A stretch of 64,000 nucleotides of DNA from an uncultured Acidobacteriota bacterium (GTDB lineage Bacteria; Acidobacteriota; Thermoanaerobaculia; Multivoradales; UBA5704): assembly GCA_963770895.1 (NCBI GenBank), contig CAVYRF010000002.1:1888001-1952000 (forward strand). The letters run 5' to 3'. Below the pieces are notes generated by a model that had not been told where the DNA came from, made no database searches, and was given only the letters and a program-made list of their open reading frames with translations. A program made the translations under genes and the position numbers. Position 1 is the stretch's first letter, and each line of letters opens with the position of its first letter. Below, piece after piece: positions 62,600-64,000 of this stretch.

Positions 62600-64000
62600 T
62601 TATCGGCGCCATGTGCCGGCTGTCAGCTCTTCCAGGCGACGATGCGGGTCGGAGGGGAAGGCGCGCAGCTGGGCCGCGACGCCTTGCAACATGCTGGCGA
62701 CGGCGGCCTCGTCGAAGCGGCGCGCATGGTAGAAGAGCTGCAGCCGCAGGCGGTCGCCGGGGATCACCATCAGGGTGATGGGGTAGTGGGTGCGATCGTG
62801 CGCCTGGATGTCCGAGATCGCGAGGTCCGGCAGGGGGCCGAGGATCGCGGCGTCCACCGGATAGTTCTCGAAGACCAGAACGCTGTCGAAGAGCGGCGCG
62901 CTCTCCGGCGAGCCGCTCCACCGGAGCACCAGATCGCGCGGCGCGTGCTCGTGGCCGCGGGCCTCCGCCTGGGATCGCTGCAGATCCGCGAGCCAGGTCG
63001 CCAGGGGCCGCTCGCCGGGCAGGTGGACGCGCACGGGCAGGGTCGCGATGAAGGGACCGACGATCGCTTCCGCTCCCGGGAGATCGGGCGGCCGGCCCGC
63101 CGTGGTGGCGCCGAAGAGCACCTCCCGCTGGCCGGTGGCGCCGGCGAGGACCAGCGACCAGGCGCCCTGCACCAGGGTGTTCACGGTCAGGCGGTGGCGG
63201 CGGGCGAAGTCGCCGAGCGCCGCCGTCTCGCACGCTTCGAGGACCACCTGCAGCCGGCCGTAGTCGGCGGAGCGCGCCGGGGCAGGCGCCTGCGGGCACG
63301 CGGCGGCGAGCGCTGACGCGCCACAGCCGTCCAAGTGGCCGCGCCAGAAGACTTCCGCCGGCCCCCTGCCGGGCGTGCCGGCACTGGCGACGGCGCCGCT
63401 CGCTGCCTCGTGCCGCGCCAGCCAGGCGATGTGGTCGTGGAAGGGGCGGGCTGGCGGGAGATCGGGCGCGCGCCCGGCGGCAAACGCCGCGTAGCAGGCG
63501 AAGAGCTCTTTGATGAGAATGCCGTACGACCAGCCGTCGATCAACAGGTGGTGCAGGGTCGAGACCAGCTGCCAGGCGCCGTCCGGCAGCTCGATCACCG
63601 CCAGCCGGAGCAGGGGCGGTACCGCGAAATCGAAGCCGCGCTCGCGCTCGGCCAGCTGGTAGGCGTCGAGACGGGCGCGCGCCGCGTCGGGTGCGAGGCC
63701 GCGCCAGGATTCGTGCGCCGGCTCGCAGGCGGCCGCCCGATGGACGACCTGCAGCGGCCGGCGGAGGCCGCGGGCATGGAACCCGGTGCGCAGGATCTCG
63801 TGTCTTTCGACCAGCAGCTGCCAGGAGCGCGTCAAGGCGGCGGCGTCGAGCTCGCCGGTCAGCCGCAGGCTGAGCTGCACGACGTAGACGCCCGACGCCG
63901 GGGCGGCCAGGCTGTGGCCGAGCATGACCTGCTGGGCCGGCGACAGCGCGCAGACGCGCTCGATGCCGCGCAGCGCGCCGGCGCCGAGACCCGCCGCCAG
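62600..64000 (-). CDS. Terminal DCL-type condensation domain of an NRPS-related protein, partial (continues beyond the window)
   Basis: Frame open to the window edge; 'LSPAQQVMLGHSL', HHLLIDGWS, 'GPFIATLPVR', 'VFENYP', 'THYPIT'; stop follows the C domain. Confidence 0.85.
   Translation of the reverse strand: MAAGLGAGALRGIERVCALSPAQQVMLGHSLAAPASGVYVVQLSLRLTGELDAAALTRSWQLLVERHEILRTGFHARGLRRPLQVVHRAAACEPAHESWRGLAPDAARARLDAYQLAERERGFDFAVPPLLRLAVIELPDGAWQLVSTLHHLLIDGWSYGILIKELFACYAAFAAGRAPDLPPARPFHDHIAWLARHEAASGAVASAGTPGRGPAEVFWRGHLDGCGASALAAACPQAPAPARSADYGRLQVVLEACETAALGDFARRHRLTVNTLVQGAWSLVLAGATGQREVLFGATTAGRPPDLPGAEAIVGPFIATLPVRVHLPGERPLATWLADLQRSQAEARGHEHAPRDLVLRWSGSPESAPLFDSVLVFENYPVDAAILGPLPDLAISDIQAHDRTHYPITLMVIPGDRLRLQLFYHARRFDEAAVASMLQGVAAQLRAFPSDPHRRLEELTAGTWRR

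Overview
GC-rich bacterial DNA. The duplicated 'ADOP' ABC permease and the expanded HTH-TPR family suggest Acidobacteriota (probably Thermoanaerobaculia), which is an inference. The window has five blocks. (1) 0.2-11.3 kb: an operon of two giant secreted Ig-repeat proteins flanking a small HEAT-repeat gene, followed by a Tat-exported vanadium haloperoxidase. (2) 11.4-19.2 kb: an island of four paralogous XRE-HTH or Zn-finger plus TPR-like regulators around a small exported precursor with three 19-aa Cys-x8-Cys 'DPxG' cassettes. This resembles RRNPP-type peptide signalling and is the best candidate for an undescribed system. (3) 19.2-43.7 kb: a five-gene NRPS/PKS cluster with several anomalies (collapsed A domain, His-less C domain, stand-alone C, no TE, cut-off last gene), plus a divergent ADOP permease. 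(4) 46.7-62.6 kb: accessory genes including a Cys-rich SBP, PhoU-like, DUF1003, transglutaminase, an 8-Cys secreted peptide, a GMC/ferritin-like operon, lipoproteins, a cupin, DmpA-type and S41 peptidases and a Phd/zeta-like TA pair. (5) The terminal C domain of another NRPS running off the right edge. No rRNA, tRNA, CRISPR array or transposase was recognised. All domain and substrate calls come from reading motifs by eye, not from database searches.
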